Origin: Chiloscyllium plagiosum
Taxonomy: Eukaryota
Direction of reading: 5' to 3'
Assembly (NCBI RefSeq): GCF_004010195.1
Contig: NC_057735.1
Span: 40,964,291-41,028,290 of the forward strand
Length of the DNA stretch: 64,000 nt
Shown: one piece after another, positions 49,219 to 62,370 of the stretch
How the letters are laid out: each line of letters opens with the position of its first letter
How positions within the stretch are numbered: the stretch's first letter is position 1
Notes under the pieces: model-generated
Database searches by the model: none
Seen by the model: the letters and a program-made list of their open reading frames with translations, nothing else
Told to the model about the DNA's origin: nothing
Translations under genes and position numbers: made by a program

Positions 49219-50553
49219 GAGAGGATCTTTATCTGTGAATGGGGTAATTAGGGGATAGTTCCTCGACTCTGATCTTTAATGCATGTCATCATTTGGACCA
49301 AGGCAGGTACACATAGGTATTCAGTTCCACTAGTCCAGTAGATTTGAAACTGGCTTTTAAACCACCATGTTTGTAAGTACCTGGAGTGAAACAGTCATTT
49401 TTGTTTTCATTTGTGGGATATGGGCATCACTGGCTGGGTCAACTTTACTGCCTGTCCATCGTTGACATTGAGAAGTTGATGGTGAGTTGCCTTCTTGATC
49501 TGCTGCAGTTCACCTTCTGTGGGTTGACTCACAATGCCCTTAGGGAGGGAATTCCAGGATTTGGATAGTGAAGGAATGCTGATATATTTCCAAGTTAGGA
49601 TGGTGAGTAGCTTGGAGGGGAACTTGAATGTAGTGGTGCTCCCATGTATGCGCTGCCCTTGTCCTGTGAGATGGAAGGAGTCAGGGATTCAGAAGATGTT
49701 GATGAAGCATAATCGGCTTGGTCGGATTTGTCCTGCTTTTTTATGTATACGATACACCTGGGGTATTTTACACATTTCCGGGCAGATGCCAGTTATGGGG
49801 GTCAACTGAGGGGTCAGTGAATAAAGAAGGGCACATAGCAGTATAGGAACAGGAGTAGGCCATTCAGCCTTTCAAGCCTGTTCTGGAGAGGATCTTTATC
49901 TGTGAAATGGGGTAATTAGGGGATAGTTCTTCGACTCTGACCTTTAATGCATGTCATCATTTGGACCAAGGCAGGTACACGTAGGTATTCAGTTCCACTA
50001 GTCCAGTAGATTTGAAACTGGCTTTTAAACCACCATGTTTGTAAGTTCCTGGAGTGAAACAGTCATTTTTGTTTTCATTTGTGGGATATGGGCATCACTG
50101 GCTGGGTCAACTTTACTGCCTGTCCATCGTTGACGTTGAGAAGTTGATGGTGAGTTGCCTTCTTGATCTGCTGCAGTTCACCTTCTGTGGGTTGACTCAC
50201 AATGCCCTTAGGGAGGGAATTCCAGGATTTGGATAGTGAAGGAATGCTGATATATTTCCAAGTTAGGATGGTGAGTAGCTTGGAGGGGAACTTGAATGTA
50301 GTGGTGCTCCCATGTATGCGCTGCCCTTGTCCTGTGAGATGGAAGGAGTCAGGGATTCAGAAGATGTTGATGAAGCATAATCGGCTTGGTCGGATTTGTC
50401 CTGCTTTTTTATGTATACGATACACCTGGGGTATTTTACACATTTCCGGGCAGATGCCAGTTATGGGGGTCAACTGAGGGGTCAGTGAATAAAGAAGGGC
50501 ACATAGCAGTATAGGAACAGGAGTAGGCCATTCAGCCTTTCAAGCCTGTTCTG
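49219..50553 (+). repeat. Head-to-tail tandem duplication (49219-49885 and 49886-50553)
   Basis: Near-identical ORFs offset by 668 nt (49386/50054, 49534/50202); only a handful of substitutions and one indel seen. Confidence 0.95.
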
Positions 50554-51089
50554 CCATTCAATGAAATTGTGGCTAGTCTGTAGCACAGTTACATATTCAA
50601 GGACATGGGCTAAAGGCATCAACAGCTGATTATGGAAGAGAATTCCAATATTGAGGATGGGGATATTTGTGGAGCCCCCTCAACTTCTTTCACCCTTTGT
50701 GTGTCGAAGTGCTTCCTAACAGCTCACTTGGTCTGGGCCTAATTTTTAGATTTTACCCCCAATTCTAGAATCCACAACCAGTGAAAATAATTTATCTTGA
50801 TTTATCCTGTCTTTTCCTGTTGATTTTGTGAATACTTTGATCAAATCACTCCTTAAAGTTCTAAGTTCTAGAGCCCTGAAGTCCACGTATCGTTCTAGTA
50901 AATCTACATTACACTCCCTCCAAGGTCAATATATCCTTCCTAAGGTATAGTGCCCAAATCTTCTCATTGTACTCCCAAGTGGGGTCTAACCAGGTTTTGT
51001 ATAGCTGCAGGATAACTTCTACATCCTTATATTCCAGAATTCTAGATATAGAGGGGAGCCAATTCATCCTACCTCACTGTTGTGATTGT

Positions 51090-51720
51090 ACAATGTTCAT
51101 CTCAATTTCAGTTCCTCAAATACTGAAGCACTTCATGTCCAAGTACAACAAGATCTGAACACTCTCCAGTCTTGAGCTGAAAAATGGCAAGTAACATACA
51201 TGCCAGGCAAAAAAAGAAGGAATTTACCCATCATCTCTTGACATTTACTGATGTTACCATGATGTAGCCATATAAACACAGTGGCTACAAGAACAGGTCA
51301 GAGGTTAGGAATCCTATAGCAAGTAACTCACTTCCTGACTCCTGAAAGCTTGTCCACCATCTACAAGGCACAAGTCAGGAGTGGGATAGAATACTTGCCT
51401 GGATGGGTGAAGCTCCAATGACACACAAGAAGCTTGACACCATCAGGTCAAAGCAGCCCATTTGATTGGCACCACATCTACAGCACCAATGCTCAGTAGC
51501 TAATGTGTGTAGCACCTACAAAAAGCATTGCATTTGAAATTCACCAAGGCTCTTCAGACAGCATCTTCCAAACCCATAGTCACTTCCATTTCCAAGGTCA
51601 AGGGCAACAAATACTATACATGGAAACAACACCATCTGAAAATTCCTCTCCAAGCCACTCACCATCCTGAATTGGATCAGAATCCTGGACTTCATTCCCT
51701 AAAGGCATTATTAGTCTACC
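51090..51720 (+). mobile_element. CR1/L2-like LINE 3' part
   Basis: QQDLN, IYKAQVRSGIEY; same family as 30830-31810. Confidence 0.75.
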
Positions 51721-53139
51721 TACGCAAAAATAGACTGCAGTATATATCTGATCATCATGTATAATATTGGTTGGTATTAATTTACAATAAACATTGTTCA
51801 AAAGGCCTTAAGCCTGAAAACACTTTTTGGCCTTGCCTTCTTCTCAACCAGTCTTAAACCCAAGTCTTAGATGTGCGCAGAAAACCCCACAACAAAATAT
51901 TCCATTTCCCACAAGACCATACTTTATTCCAATCCCTCCCCAGCCCACAGCATCACAAGTTAGTGCTTTTTGCATTTAATAAAATATTAACAATTTTAGA
52001 CTCTTTCAGACCTGAATACAAAAACTATCAGAACAAACATATACTTTTGAAATTATTATCCTGGATACAATCATGGGTGGAACACCTCAACTTATATTGC
52101 TAGGCGGAGAGTATGCCCACGCAGGTACTGAGTAACTAATCGCAGGTACTGAGTAATCAATCACTGTCACCATAACAATGGTGAAGTTGGTATGTGGGTT
52201 GCCATTGCTGTGGAATGATGGTCTATCAATGAAGATGTCTAGTGCTATATCATTTGGTTCAGTCTGGACTAAAGGGTGTGAAAGTCTAGTTGGGATAAAG
52301 GATAGCTATATGGCAGCCATTGTACATGAGGTTCTCAGGAAAAACTTTAGTCTATCTGGGGTGGGTGATTCAGTCAAACTGATGATATGAGCGAGTCACC
52401 CACTCAAAGCAGTAGAATTAAGGGAGGATAAGATAACACTTTATTGAAATCTGGGATGTGGACGAAACATTTGATGGCCCAGAATTGGGCCCAATGGATA
52501 TCTCGTACATGCACATTAAGTCAATTCATCTCCCTTAAGACTTCGGGAAGTCTATGAAATGAGAAGCAGCCTTCTCAAGCTTAACCTTCCCAAGCTTTTT
52601 GTCATCGCTCCTGCTCCCTTGTGAAAGGCCTTGGTGAGATTGGGAGCAATAAGATATGTTGTCTGGGACACAGCTCTTCTCAGCACTCATCTCTGTGTGT
52701 TCCCCACTCCATTTTGATAAGGTGTGACCATCCGTTCTTTACGTAGTGCAGAGAGGGCTGTTGTGTTTTCCACACATCGAATGAAAGTCTGTTCACAAGC
52801 CACCACTTCAAGGAAGGAATGTAGGGTCATCTTTGATGCAAGGCAGGGACAGACACAAAAGAGTCTTGATCCTGCAAATTAAGAACAGCAAATGCCAGAA
52901 ACACTGAGCAGGTCTGACAGCATCTGTGGTGAGAGAGAGAGACAAATAGTTAAAATTGCGAGACTAATACAACTCTACTTCAGAAATGGTAGCTCTGCAT
53001 TCCTTGCATTAACAAAAACTCAGTAACAAATTGGATGTACATCACTCTCAGCCAGGCATGACCACTGTTTTACAGGAGTACGTACCATTAACTTGTTCAG
53101 GACTGATCATGTCACTGCTTATCATTTAAATGCATGGGG

Positions 53140-53690
53140 GAGTCATTAGAGGTGACCTTGGACAATACTACCATCAAACACATTCTCCATACTCCACCAC
53201 TATAAGTAGACTGTAGGGACTGTTTCCTCCATAACTTCCAGGTCCACTCCTCCATCACTCCCAATACTTCCCCTCTTTTCCAGGGTATTTCTCATGCAAG
53301 TGCAGAAGGTGCAACACTTGGTCTTTCGCCTCTTCCCTTCTCATTATCCAAGGCCCCAAACACACCTTCCAGATAAAGCAGTATTTTACTTGTATTTCTT
53401 TTAATCTGTTCTACAGTATTTGCTGCCCACAACGTGATCTCCTTTACATTGGTGAGACCAAATGCAAACTAGGTGAACACATCTGTGGTGTCCATAGAAA
53501 TAACCCTGACCTCCCAGGTGCTTGCCATTTCATTGAACCAACTTGCGCCCTTGCTAACACTTCTGTCCTGGGTCTGTTACAATGGTTCAACAAAGCTCAA
53601 TGCAATATAGAGGAACAACACTTTGTCCTCCATTTGGTATATTACAGGTTGAGGATTGAATTCTGAATTGCACAATTTTCTGTACTCCAC
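53140..53690 (+). mobile_element. Decayed Penelope-like GIY-YIG fragment
   Basis: IQGPKHTFQIKQYFTC..YSICCPQRDLLYIGETKCKLGEH..EEQHFVLH. Confidence 0.7.
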
Positions 53691-54072
53691 CATCCTCTAG
53701 TACTGTCTTATTAGTGTCTTGTTGGCTTTGAATTCAGCAGACTTATTTTCACAGTTGACATTCACACCTATTTCTGTTGCTCCTTTACCACCACTGTCAA
53801 AACCGTTGGTTTTTGCTGTGGACACGCACAAAATGTGTTCCACTTGTTCCTCCACCAACCACACACCCCCCCCCCCATCAACTGCGTAAAATTCACCATT
53901 TTCCAGTCCCTTTCAGTTCTGAAGAACAATCGCTCAACTCAAAACTTAAACTCTTTCATTCTCCACAGGTGCTGCCAGACCTACTGACTTCCAATAGCAC
54001 TTTCTGTTTCCTTATTAATTTGTGCCCTTTCAAGCCCTTTTTGTGATTGGTTTAATGTCATTGGGTGTGGGC

Positions 54073-54197
54073 GAAAGTGAGGACTGCAGATGCTGGAGAT
54101 CAGAGCTGAAAAATGTGTTGCTGGAAAAGCGCAGCAGGTCAGGCAGCATCCAAGGAGCAGGAGAATCGACATTTTGGGCATAAGCCCTTCTTCAGGA
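54073..54197 (-). mobile_element. 125-bp Penelope-derived short repeat with a 13-bp target-site duplication; decayed hammerhead at 54168-54195
   Basis: attgggtgtgggc at 54060-54072 and 54198-54210; minus strand CTGAAGA AGGGC-TTAT-GCCC AAAATGTC (GAAAC core decayed at CpG positions). Confidence 0.85.
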
Positions 54198-54379
54198 ATT
54201 GGGTGTGGGCTAGTTTCTATGTATTAACTTAGCCCGTTGTTCATAAACACCAAATGTTGGAGAAAGATGTGGCATCAACACCAATTAGATAAAAGCAAAA
54301 TACAGTACTGCTGGAGAAAATGGGCAGCATCTCAGATAGTCCAGCTTTCAGCTGGGAGTAAATACAATCTCCCACCAGT

Positions 54380-54572
54380 TGGGGGCGGTGAAGAATACAG
54401 GTACGCTCTTGGCTTCCCCGAGGACTCGTCGATTTATTTCCGTAAAGACCAATCGGGATAGGTTTTACTGAGCGAGCGGGCCAATGAGATTGGAGTATTT
54501 GGCGGTGTGGTTGCTAGGGCTGGCCGGGGTGGAGCCTGGCCTGGAGTTTGGGCTTGTTGAGCGGCGGGAAAT
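54380..54572 (+). promoter_or_regulatory. AP4B1 CpG-rich promoter / 5'UTR
   Basis: GC box ggggcggtg (about 54382), CCAAT boxes at about 54449 and 54481, reverse ATTGG at about 54489, X-box-like gttgctaggg at about 54510; CpG-rich against a CpG-poor background. Confidence 0.7.
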
Positions 54573-54910
54573 ATGCCGTACTCCGGCTCCGAGGAGATAG
54601 TGAAGGAGCTGAGGCGGAGTCTGTGTAACCCCAACGTGCAGGCGGATAGGCTGCGCCACAGGAATGTGGTACTGAGGGTGATCCGGTACATGAGCCAGGG
54701 CCTGGATGTCTCCGGCCTCTTCATGGAGATGGTGAAGGCCGGCGCGACTCTGGACATTGTCCAGAAGAAGCTGGTCTACTTGTACATGTGCACCTATGCC
54801 GCCCTGAAACCCAACCTGGCGCTGCTGGCCATCAACACCCTGCGGAAAGACTGCGCTGACCCCAACCCCATGGTCAGGGGGCTGGCCCTCAGGAGTATGT
54901 GTAGCTTCAG
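54573..54910 (+). CDS. AP4B1: AP-4 complex subunit beta-1, coding exon 1
   Basis: [88 protein letters not shown] matches the AP4B1 N-terminus; donor AG|gttggt; 338 nt. Confidence 0.96.
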
Positions 54911-56178
54911 GTTGGTGCACGTCCCGGCTGCCGTGTCTCAGACATGTTTTCTGTTCAACCTGTTTAGAGATGCCATTGCACACCTCTGGAACAGGTGGCA
55001 TTTGAACGTGGCTTAGAGGTAGAGATGCTACCATTGTACCAGAGCATTCACACTCCCCAGTCCAGATCATGGAAGTACAGTCCTGAGGCAGCACTGCACA
55101 GTCACAGGTGCCGCTTTTGAGACAAGGTACACGTTCAACTGAGGCTCCGTTTCCCTTTTGAGTTGGACCCATTCTTTCCACCAAAGTAAAGGCAGGTGCC
55201 AGAAATCTGAAACATACAGTACTGGAGAAATTCAGCAGGTCCGGCTGTACCAGTGAATGGACAAACAGTTAATGTTATGATAATGTTAACTCTGACTCTC
55301 TTTGTGCAGAAACTGTCAGACTTGCTGCTGGGTTTCTCTAGCACTTTTTCTGTAAATGATCTCTATTTGCATTATTCTTTAATCAACCTCCCAAAACAGT
55401 TTATCTGATCACTGATAGGTCACAGTTTGGGGGAGGTCACTGTGCACAATTTGATGACTGTCTACTATATTATGACAATGAAACTCTTAAAAAGTACTTT
55501 GTTAACTGTGTGAAATATTAAGCGATTCCCAGATTTTCTGACTAGGTTTTCATTTGGGTGTATATCAGATTGCACCACATCAGGTGGGTTTGCAAACACA
55601 TTCCTGACATATCCTGTTGTTTTTATTATGTTCTAATTTTTTTAGAGAGTGCAGAAAAGATGTGTGTGAATTGTTCTAGTAGGCAGGCAGGTGTCTTATT
55701 GGTGAATTGGAGAGGATGAGGTTGCTTTAATTAGATAAATAAAAATTGAGAGGAGATTTTAAATCATGACAGATCTAAACAGAGAATGGAGAACAGCAGT
55801 TCCTGTTGGCAGAAGGGTGCATAACAAAATGACACAAGTTTAGAGTGATTAGTAAAAAAAGAATTCACATTGTTGCGGATCTGGAGTTTGAGTGCAGTGA
55901 ATTTGAAAAAGGAATTGGACAAGCACCTGAGAGGAAGCCATTTGCAGAGCTATGTGGAAAAGGCAGAAGCACAAGGCAAGCTAGTTCCTATTACAGAGAG
56001 TTGGAATAGGATCGATAGGGTAAAAGGCCTCCTCTGCTTTACCTCTTCCATGATTGTTTTCAAAGAAGAAACATGATTCCAAACGAAAGTAAATAAATTT
56101 CTGATGCAATCTAATGTGAGGAGCCCCCTTCTGTTCTGGATCATTGAGAATTTGAATGAGTGATTTGTTCTTTTTCAG

Positions 56179-56309
56179 AATGCCAGGTATAAGTGAATAT
56201 ATTCAACAGCCAGTACTAAATGGATTAAGAGATAAAGCTTCCTACGTCAGGCGAGCAGCAGTTCTGGGATGTGCTAAAATACAGACCCTTCAAGGAGACA
56301 CAGAAATTG
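56179..56309 (+). CDS. AP4B1: AP4B1 coding exon 2
   Basis: tttttcag|A; [34 protein letters not shown]; G|gtaagt; cumulative 469 nt. Confidence 0.95.
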
Positions 56310-59075
56310 GTAAGTACAAAAACAACCTTTTTATTATTCAGAAATTTTTTGCAGATTTACAGAATTTCTTTGGGAGGCAGCATGCTGGAGATTATTTAAA
56401 ACTGAAAATAATCTGATTTATCTGCTCATGATCTTGGTAATTCATTTTTTTTTAAATCTTTACATGTTTTCAGCTTAAGTTGACTGACAGTGTATCATTC
56501 AGTGGAAGTTCCTTTCTGTGAGATCTGAATATATTTGATGAACTACCAATTTCTGAATAAAAACCGAAGGAACTGCAGGTGCCGTAAATCAGAAACAAAA
56601 CCAGAAGCTGTTGGAAAAGCTCAGCAGGTCTGGCAGCATCTGTGAAGAGAAATCAAAGGTGATGTTTCAGGTCCAAAGGACTGAATGGCCTACTGGCTTT
56701 CATTCTCCTCCTAATGCCACACTCGAATTTTAAACATTTCTTGTCAGTATAACTGAAGAGGCATTTAGAATTTGGCAACAAAAACAAGTTGCTGGAAAAG
56801 CACAGCTTGTCTGGCAGCATCTGTGAAGAAAAATCAAAGTTAGCATTTTGGGTCCAGTGACCCTTCTGTAGAAGTTCACACACTGGACCCTTGAGTTTGT
56901 TTTACCATTCAATTATATCCAAGCTCCCTAAATAAAAACAACATGTACCAGAGAATCTCAGCTGGTCTGGCAGCATTTGTGCTGACAAATCAAAAAAGCT
57001 AATGTTTCAAGAAGAGTCACACTGGGCCTGAAACTTTAACTCTGCTTCAGTATCCACAGATGCTGCCAGACTTCACGAGCATCGATAATGCTTTGTTTTT
57101 ATCTTAGTTCCATTCTTACTATAATTTGTAACTATTAAAACCTTTACCTAACACACAATCTAATGATCTCAGTTTTGAAAACTTTCAATTGGCAATAGGT
57201 TGCCTCAATTTCCATTTTTGTTGACAATCTGTTACATGGAACTTTATTGAATGTCTTACCGAAACCTGTAAATTGTCTATAGACCCTCCTTATCTACCAG
57301 CAATGCTACATCCTCAAAAAAAGTCAATGAAATTTGAGACGTAATATCCTCCTAACAAGTCCATGGTTATTCTCAAATCAGCTGTTTTGCTGAAATAATC
57401 AGTTACTCAAGATAAAAAGTAGATTTTAACAACTTGATCATAACTGACATTGGACTGTTAACCATATAATTTCCTCACTAACCTTTCTACTCTTGAATAG
57501 TGAAGTAAAGTGGGCAGTTTTCCAGTTCAAGGGGATAACTTGTGAATTAAGAGTATTTAGAAGGTCAGAACTAACTCATCAATATCCTCACCTATGGTGT
57601 TGAAACTATAAGGTGTTGGAGATATGTCCAACTTTAATCTTTTAATACTTGTCATGAATAAAGGCTGTGCCTCTTGTTTTGTTTTATTTGTATCTCTGGT
57701 TCTTTATTCTCATCCTGTGGTGTAATCAGTACAAGATAGATACTTAGTGTTATTTTGTGAACTTTCAGTTGCAATATCACCTGTGCCTTTTATTTAAAAA
57801 ATTGGCATTACTTTTAATCAATTTTCACTTAATGACGTTGTAAAATCCTCTAATCTTATCCTTGATAACCTTTGTAAAATATTTATTATTTGCTATTGCC
57901 ACGGTCTTTGCATCCTACATCTTTCTTGTCCACAATATCTCTACTATTCTTTATTTTCACATAAGTCTATTTTCTTGATTCCATGTTCTTTCTTACATTT
58001 TTGGTCAAGGTTATTTCAGTACAAGGTACACCTGTTGCCCTTTAAGAGACATAACCAAGTCTTGTATTCTATCAAAGACTTTTTGAACACCTCTCATTGT
58101 TCATCCACAGTTTTATCTGCTCCATCACCACCTATTTCCATATCTGTAATATTGCCTTCCTCTGCCCTATCTTAAGTCACCTGATGACAAAATACCCATC
58201 TATTCTTGACTGTTCCAATACATTCTTGGGTGGGCTCTCATTTTCTACCCTCTGTAAACTTGACATCTAATATGCCCTAACTTGCACCAAGGTCTGTTTA
58301 CCAATCTTCAGTTGTCAATGCAGTAAGCTCGGAAATTCTCTCCTTAACCTCTTTGCCTGTCTTTCATTACTCCTTTAAGATACTCCTTACAATTTGGCTG
58401 TTTGATCAAGCTATTGTTCAGCCACATTAGTGTCTCCTTTTGTTTCTCATTGTGGAATTTGGTTTAATAATATTTTGTTTAGGTTCTTGGGAGACATTGT
58501 CATTTTAAACTTGTTATATGTAAGTACTTGTTTAATAGTGCAGCCCAGGTTGTCATTGCAAATTTTGTGCCTCATCTCTCCCAAGTCAGCCTTACACAAA
58601 ATTAAAACCTTGAGTGACTTGCTCTCCTCCATTTCAATCCTAATATTGATTTATTTTATATTATGATCACAATCAGCCACATGTCCTTGTACTGTTAGAT
58701 TATTGACTAATTTAGCTTTAATTCCTATTACTCATTAGAATTGACCTTTTGAAGTAGTACCATGGAGAAGGGGAAAAGGGAATTTTGTTTAAGTCTGGTT
58801 TAAACCTATTGCATGTAGTTTCTTAAACAGAAACAGAAATTGCTGGAAAAATTCAGCAGGTCTGGCAGCATCTGTGGGAAGAAAGTGGAGTTAATGTTTC
58901 AAGTCTGGTGACTTTTGCTGAGTTTCTCAGTAATTTCTGTTTTAATTTCTGATCTCCAGGATCTGTAGTTGTTTGTTTTATCTTTGTGTCATTTCTTGCT
59001 GTTAGTTCTGTTTGTTAGAAACTTGAAGAGCGAAGAGATTTGAGACTGCTGTCATTTGATTTTGTTCCCACGCAG

Positions 59076-59223
59076 ATGGGGCTGTGGTAAATGAGCTGTA
59101 TGCTATGCTGCGTGACCCAGATCCTATTGTTATGGTCAATTGCTTGAGAGCATTAGAGGAAATCCTCAAACACGAAGGGGGTGTGGTCATCAACAAGCCA
59201 ATAGCGCATCACCTTTTAAACAG
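59076..59223 (+). CDS. AP4B1: AP4B1 coding exon 3
   Basis: cacgcag|AT; [50 protein letters not shown]; AG|gttggt; cumulative 617 nt. Confidence 0.95.
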
Positions 59224-59405
59224 GTTGGTTTGTTCTGTCTTTTCAATTTTAAATGTGTTTGCGAACTAAATCTAAGCACTAAAGGCAATGTCCTAGTGTA
59301 AGGTCAGAGTTTCAGGATTGTGGGATGAGTAGGAAAAAGAGCATAATAATGAGGACTGGAGCATTTTTGATAAGGAATTCTACTTCAATTTATTTATTTG
59401 TTTAG

Positions 59406-59902
59406 AATGAAGGACTTGGATCACTGGGGGCAGAGTGAAGTGTTGGCATACCTGGTTCGCTACAAGACCCGAACTGAAGATGAAGTGTTCACAATTCTGA
59501 ATGTACTCGATGGCTTTCTCAAGAGCAGTCAGCCTAACGTTGTTATGGCAACCACCAAACTATTTCTTCTGCTGTCTGAAGATTTCCCACACGTGCAGAT
59601 AGATGTTCTGGAGCGGGTGAAAGGGCCGTTGCTGGCTATCTGCACATCAGAGTGTCACGAGCTGTGTTTCCTCGGATTGTGTCATGCACGGGAGATCCTT
59701 CGCAGCTCACCTGGGCATTTCAGTGGTCACTACAAGAAGTTCTTCTGTATGTACTCTGAACCGAATTACATTAAATACCAGAAGATGGAAATCCTCAGGG
59801 AGTTGGTGAACGATGAGAATGTCCAGCAGATACTTGAGGAGCTTCAGACCTATTGCACAGATGTTTCTGTAGAGCTAGCTCAGATGGCCATTTTAAATAT
59901 AG
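59406..59902 (+). CDS. AP4B1: AP4B1 coding exon 4
   Basis: tgtttag|A; [59 protein letters not shown]; G|gtacca; cumulative 1114 nt. Confidence 0.95.
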
Positions 59903-60799
59903 GTACCATTCATTTTGCACTTTCATATCTTTCAGTCGAGTTTTGCTGTCCTCGGGGCTCACTTGGATGGTTCCTTATTCAAACATTATTTTTTTTTAGT
60001 GAAGTAAAATACATACAGATGAGGACTTTTTTGTTTTGTTAAACTAGGAACATGGCTGTATTTGACTGGATACATTACAATTTTCTTTATAGTTGCAATT
60101 GCATCACTCTGCTGTAGTACTAGATGGAGAGCCTTTAACACACAAACTTTCTGACCCAGATTTGTTCATCCTTCTATACACAGTGATGGTGGCCCCTAGG
60201 TTCTTTACATGAACACTGCTCAGATTCTGATCATGCAGAGAGGTCCAAACCAGAAATCACGAGTATGAAACATCCTACAGTGTCATGTCTCCCAGCAGCT
60301 TAATGGCAGGAAAATGCAATTATTGTCCTGTGACTTCTCAAATGGCAGCCACCAACACGCTCGCTATTCTCTGGCTGGGGCAGTCATGCTTTGGTAGGAT
60401 GGAGTAGAAAATGTGTCTCGAAGTGGGGTCCAGAAGGCGCTGTCATGGCAGTGCGACTTCTTTGCTGGCAATCTTGGCATTGGTAACAAGCGTCGTTTAT
60501 ATTTGTCAGGCTCTCTATTTTAATTGTAGCAGTAGATTCCTGTTGGTGGTGCTGTGGAACAAGCTATCTGTAATCATTCCATCATAGTGCCACCCACAGG
60601 AGATTTTGGTACTGCTGCTCTGCTATATATACATTTGTGACTTAGTCATCCTCCATCTGTTATGCTAAGTTCGAGAGTTTGGCTTCCTGTCTGAAGTGTG
60701 TTCATTTGATAGTGAAGTCTAAGTTGCACCACAAATTTGGGACAATGTTTCTTAAGCTCTGGTGATTCTGGGTATTGCAAGATGTTATAGTTTAGAATA

Positions 60800-61101
60800 G
60801 GTTAGATTCCCTACAGCGTGGAAACAGGCCCTTTGACCCAACTAGTCCACACCGACCCTCTGAAGAGTAATCCACCCAGACTCATTTCCCTCTGACTAAT
60901 GCACCCAACACTATGGGCAATTTACCATGACCAATTCACCTGCCTTGCACATCTTTGGATTGTGGGAGGAAACCGGAGCACCCGGAGGAAACCCACACAG
61001 ACACGGGGAGAATGTGCAAACTCCACACACAGTTGCCCGAGGTTGGAATCGAACCTGGGTCCCTGGTGCTGTGAGGCAGCAGTGCTAACCACTGAGCCAC
61101 C
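60800..61101 (-). mobile_element. HE1/V-SINE-type SINE in an AP4B1 intron
   Basis: Head, V-domain and tail as in the other copies. Confidence 0.88.
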
Positions 61102-61269
61102 TTATAGTTGATGAAGGCAATTTGACTCATCAATGGAGATGGAACTAACAGTTCTACTTATTACATTTTTGAATTTTTTCATAAATGATTCTAGCATTTT
61201 TCGTGCAGAACTTTGTTTCTGTTCCATGTATTGAGCACATTAACCCCAACATTGATCCTAAATTTACTG

Positions 61270-61471
61270 CAAGTTGTTATGGTATAACATGCATTTCGTC
61301 AATGTGAATTGGTGATAACACGATTGACGAATTGTGGACAATATTTGGATAACGTGAACTTTCTACTGAATGCGTGTAGCAATTTTCTATGGTGATCTTC
61401 CACAGCATGATTTTCCATAGCACGAGATTGCAGAGGAACGCATCTGCCGAGTTAGAGCAGAATGATCTGTA
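61270..61471. mobile_element. Small Tigger/pogo-like MITE (relative of 28843-29057)
   Basis: aagttgttatggtataacatgcatttc .. gagttagagcagaatgatctg|ta. Confidence 0.5.
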
Positions 61472-62370
61472 TTAGTTTAAAGCCAGTTTCCCCTGCCCTC
61501 CTGGAATTTAATTGTAAATAATTATTTACTTTATTGTGCCATTAGTTATCTTATAACCTTTCTTTTTTAAGATCACCTCTTGAATGACTTGCCTCTAAGT
61601 TGGAAAACCTATTTCTGTCCAGTCCCAGCTGCAAAGGACAGCAAGGGACTTTGTGGTCCCTTGTTCTACTGCTTGAATGTTTCCTTGATTTGTCATGGAC
61701 CAGAACTGAGAATAACACTGCGCTAAGACCTGTGATCAAGCCTTTTCACACATTGTTTACTTGACTTTGTGCTATGACATGTATTGTGACACAATGAGCA
61801 TTTGACCAAACTGAGCTACTTTTCTATTGTACTGAGGCTCATGTGCATGTTTTTATGTTTTGTTCCCTGCTATTTTATTCCTCTAATGTTATGATCTAAC
61901 ACCCCATTCATGGATTCTGTTGCCCATGGATTCACCCTCACCTACCACTTGCAAGTGGGCTGTATGAGTTGTGTGAGCCTGAATAGAAAAACGTTACGTG
62001 GAAAGTGCATCAATATTAACCACAGTCTTTACCCCTCATAATGTTTACATGATTCTTCACAACCGTTCATGGACACTTGTGCTAGTTTTAACAGCCTCAT
62101 TGAAATCAAATAGTTTAGTGGTCTAGAGATCAAAGTTGGCATCTTGCTCATCTGAGTTCAACTATTCACTACCATAAGCTGAGCCACTGACGGAGCTTAA
62201 GTTTACTTTAATCTTTATCTGCTCACTAAAAGAGAACTTCAGACAAGTAGCAAAAATACTGTTTCTGAAAGTTTTGGATTATTACTTAAGGTAATCTATT
62301 GTGGAAAATATATCTTCTCATTAACGTTACAAGGAATATTTCCATCATTTTAACTGTGTTATCTTTCTAG

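Noticed and set aside
51800-52800. Possible non-LTR RT remnant on the minus strand (VIDYSVPAWAYS-like segment)
   Set aside because: Only one short motif is visible; too decayed to list as a supported feature.
54434-55184. 239-aa and 107-aa minus-strand ORFs overlapping AP4B1 exon 1
   Set aside because: Antisense shadow of a GC-rich coding exon; no recognisable protein motifs.
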